A stretch of DNA of 64,000 nucleotides. Origin: Blasia pusilla. Taxonomy: Eukaryota. The stretch lies in assembly GCA_050084515.1 (NCBI GenBank), contig CM114271.1, positions 25,296,001 to 25,360,000 on the forward strand. The letters run 5' to 3'. A program made the position numbers and the translations under genes. This document shows, piece by piece, positions 61,136 through 64,000 of the stretch (position 1 is the stretch's first letter; every line of letters starts with the position of its first letter). The notes under the pieces were generated by a model, which saw only the letters and a program-made list of their open reading frames with translations, was not told where the DNA came from and did no database searches.

Positions 61136-63860
61136 ATGGCGGATCTGGAGCAGTCACTCCTGCAGAAACCGGTGAAATTGTACCCAAAGTGTCCAGGATG
61201 CAAAGTGTCACACCTAGTAGTGGACGGGGCACCTCCAGCTTATAAAGAACTAAGCTTCGTGGCAATCATGATGCTGGCAAATGGTGAGCTGGTTCTGAGG
61301 TCCGGTGCTATTATCGTAGTGTTGTGCATGCACGACGAGAGCAACAGGGAACATTCGGGCGCGCTCCTTTTAATTCGGTGAATAGAAGGTAGCACCGCGA
61401 TCGGGAGATTGCGCTAGTTAGGAGCTTTGGATGGACGTGTGTATCAGGACTCTGGAGTAGTTCTCATTGGCTTGTGATCGCTGTTTCTGACCAACTTGCA
61501 ATTGATCCCGTTCGTTTATGTGCTGCAGCTCTGCCGATTTCGTTTCTGTACCCTTTCCTCTACTTCATGGTACGCACCTCCGTGGGCACTCAGCTGTCAC
61601 AAATTTCCTCAGCTTAGATCATATCCATGGGTATCGTAATGTTCGAATACATCAATTGGGGCCCAATAAGTGAAGAACGGTTATTTAACTCACTGAAATC
61701 AACGAGTGGGCTGCGTACTTGCGACTTGCGGCCCACGGTCTCACGCTTGTTCTCGCTGAATCTGTCTCAAAGAAATGGTCATGACTGTCTCGAAGGTCTG
61801 GACACGGTCGACCATGAGCGATGATTAATATGTTTCTCTTGTCGCTGACCATCAGGTCAAAGATCTACACATCGCCAAACGTGACGAAGACATCGGATTC
61901 TACGCTGGGTATATCGGTAGGGATCTTCTCAGCAGTCGATGGCCTTGGAGTCTGATCCCGGTAGTGGGTTAAGATTCGAGTGCAAGATCTGGAATGTTCT
62001 CAAACTTAGCGAAAACATTAGCGGAATGTTAAGAAAATGAGATGGTTAATTAATTAAGTTGCTCGAAGTATTATTTTGTTGTAATTCATTGATTCGTGCG
62101 TGTGAAAACCTTCGCTGATGGGTGCGGGCTCCTTTCGAGCCTCGATTGTACTGCAGGATCCGCTTTCATGATCGGGAGGTTCCTCACATCTATGCATTGG
62201 GGAATTGTCGCCGATAAATATGGAAGAAAACCAGTAATGATAGCAGGCGTTCTTTCTGTGTAAGTAATTAGCCTCTACATTTTGAGCCTCTCAACACCTC
62301 TACTCAGACAGATGTTGAGCTGTACCGCGCAAGTGTTGGCGTAACATTCTTTCTACAGACGCTCGGACGGATCTCCCTTGTGCGAATGGAACTCGCCGAA
62401 GTGACTTTTCGGTGCTCTCATGGGTATTGGATCCAATTGAGTTAGCGGCGAGCTTCTAAAACCTTGCTCATTTGGAACCTGCAGAATTGTGTTCAATGTC
62501 ATCTTCGGATTCAGTCAAAACTTCTGGGCGGCGTTTCTTTCTCGGCTGCTTCTGGGAGGATTCAACGGTATTCTAGGGCCCGTGAAGGTAATTATGATTT
62601 CGACGAAGATGTCTTACTCATGCTAACGCACTGTCTTAAAGCATTTTCAAATGATTAGGTTGGGAACGCGATTCCTCCTGCACACAGATGTTCTCAACGT
62701 TGGTGCTTCGTTCGTATCACATGACGCGATCAACCTAGAGAGTGTGGTAGCACACGCGTCCGATTTCACCTAAAGACGAATAGCATACTGCCGAAAGTAG
62801 AATTCTTCAATTAAAAGCCTGGTGCTGTATGGATAGAATGTCGAGATCTTCCCTCCTTTCTTGCGTACAGGTATGCCATGGACGTGAGGTCTACGCATTG
62901 AGTCTGCGGTTTGAGCTGCGTCTTTCAGATATCTCATTTGCTCGTAACGTCTATTGAAAACTTGGCACGAACAGGCATACGCATCCGAAATCTGCAGCGA
63001 TGAACATCAACCTATTGGCGTGTCAGTTGTGAGTGCCGGACCAAACCGCTTACCAACTAATCGCTGTATGGATGAATTTCTTCACAGCTCGTATGTTCAT
63101 TCCCATGGATACAGTCGTCGTTGGTGCATGTTTTCTCCTAGTCGGTCCCTTCTAGCTGATTGAAGGACACGTATGACTACCTCTCAATATTCAGAATGGC
63201 TCTCTGATTATTAGAGCTGGTGGAAATGGCTTGCAGGTGGGCACAACTCTCGGTCTGGGAATGGTTATCGGTCCTTCTCTAGGTGGTTACCTTGCGCAGG
63301 TACCATATATACACACACTTCCTGCAGTCGAAGCTGAGCGGAGAGCTTGTTTAAGAAATTTAAATCGAAAACGTTGACATTCTATAACAAGTTGGACATT
63401 TTTTCTGAGCGCTGAGCGTGAGATCATCTTAGGAGATCTTCTTCAGATCCATGTGATTCCGCGAGACCCTAAGTTTGATCCGTTCTCGTGATTAGTTAAC
63501 TAATATAATATCTTATTTTGGAATTGCAGCCAGCACTGAAGTACCCGGAATGGTTTCCTCCGGGATCACTCTTCGACAAGTGAGTAGTAGGATCGTGTCA
63601 AAAGGATTTGATGCACAATTTCATAGAAAGAACGTCGTAGAGCGAGATGGTCAATTGTCACATGGCCATAACTTTACTTTCCACGATTAGAAGCTAAAAG
63701 TCGAGTCTCCCTTGTTAAACGAAGTGGATTCATATCCTTGGCCATCGATACCGTATGATTTTCTCTCGTTTGCCACTGCAGGTTTCCATACTTGATGCCG
63801 TGTCTTTTCGTCTCCGGACTGGCTGTGGTGGGGCTCTTCATTACGGTCCTCTATCTTCCG
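61136..63860 (+). CDS. ZIFL: ZINC INDUCED FACILITATOR(-LIKE) MFS transporter, first 9 coding exons (continues beyond window)
   Basis: GT-AG exons 61136-61283, 61529-61569, 61856-61916, 62157-62259, 62485-62587, 62975-63028, 63237-63299, 63530-63579 and 63782-63860 splice in frame to MADLEQSLL...CPGCK...ALPISFLYPFLYFMVKDLHIAKRDEDIGFYAGYIGSAFMIGRFLTSMHWGIVADKYGRKPV...RLLLGGFNGILGPVKAYASEIC...GMVIGPSLGGYLAQPALKYP..F..GSLFDKFPYLMPC. MFS motif A and the ZIF-family N-terminal CPGC are present. Confidence 0.96.
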
Positions 63861-64000
63861 GTACGCATCCGATTATTCTTTAGATGATTGGCACATTGAA
63901 CTCTCAAGAATCCACTACGAAGGTGATGCGGCAAATATTTGAGATCTCTTGTACGACATACGATCTTGATCAACATGTCCTGATGCGTACAGAACATCAA

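Overview
Eukaryotic plant DNA, most likely from a seedless plant (bryophyte-like, inferred from intron style and TE content; the species cannot be determined). About 60 kb is nested, decayed transposable elements: Ty3/Gypsy pieces (one integrase ends in a PHD finger), a CRE-like RLE non-LTR retrotransposon, hAT transposase remnants with a MITE family carrying 8-bp TSDs, a CACTA remnant, several Helitrons and a ~178-bp satellite. The only intact-looking host gene is the first nine exons of a ZIF/ZIFL-like MFS transporter (61136 to beyond the window end). Three observations stand out. (1) A TE-embedded, spliced, lesioned gene (38.3-42.5 kb) encodes ten roughly 12-aa-periodic [R/Q]xxQT motifs resembling a multivalent LC8/dynein-light-chain binding array. 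(2) A bacterial-type (BcsA-like) GT2 glucan synthase fragment lies between Helitron termini. (3) A Helitron Rep is followed by a Zn-ribbon plus three 'Q...LT..AS' helical repeats. All family assignments come from manual translation and motif recognition; no database search was run.
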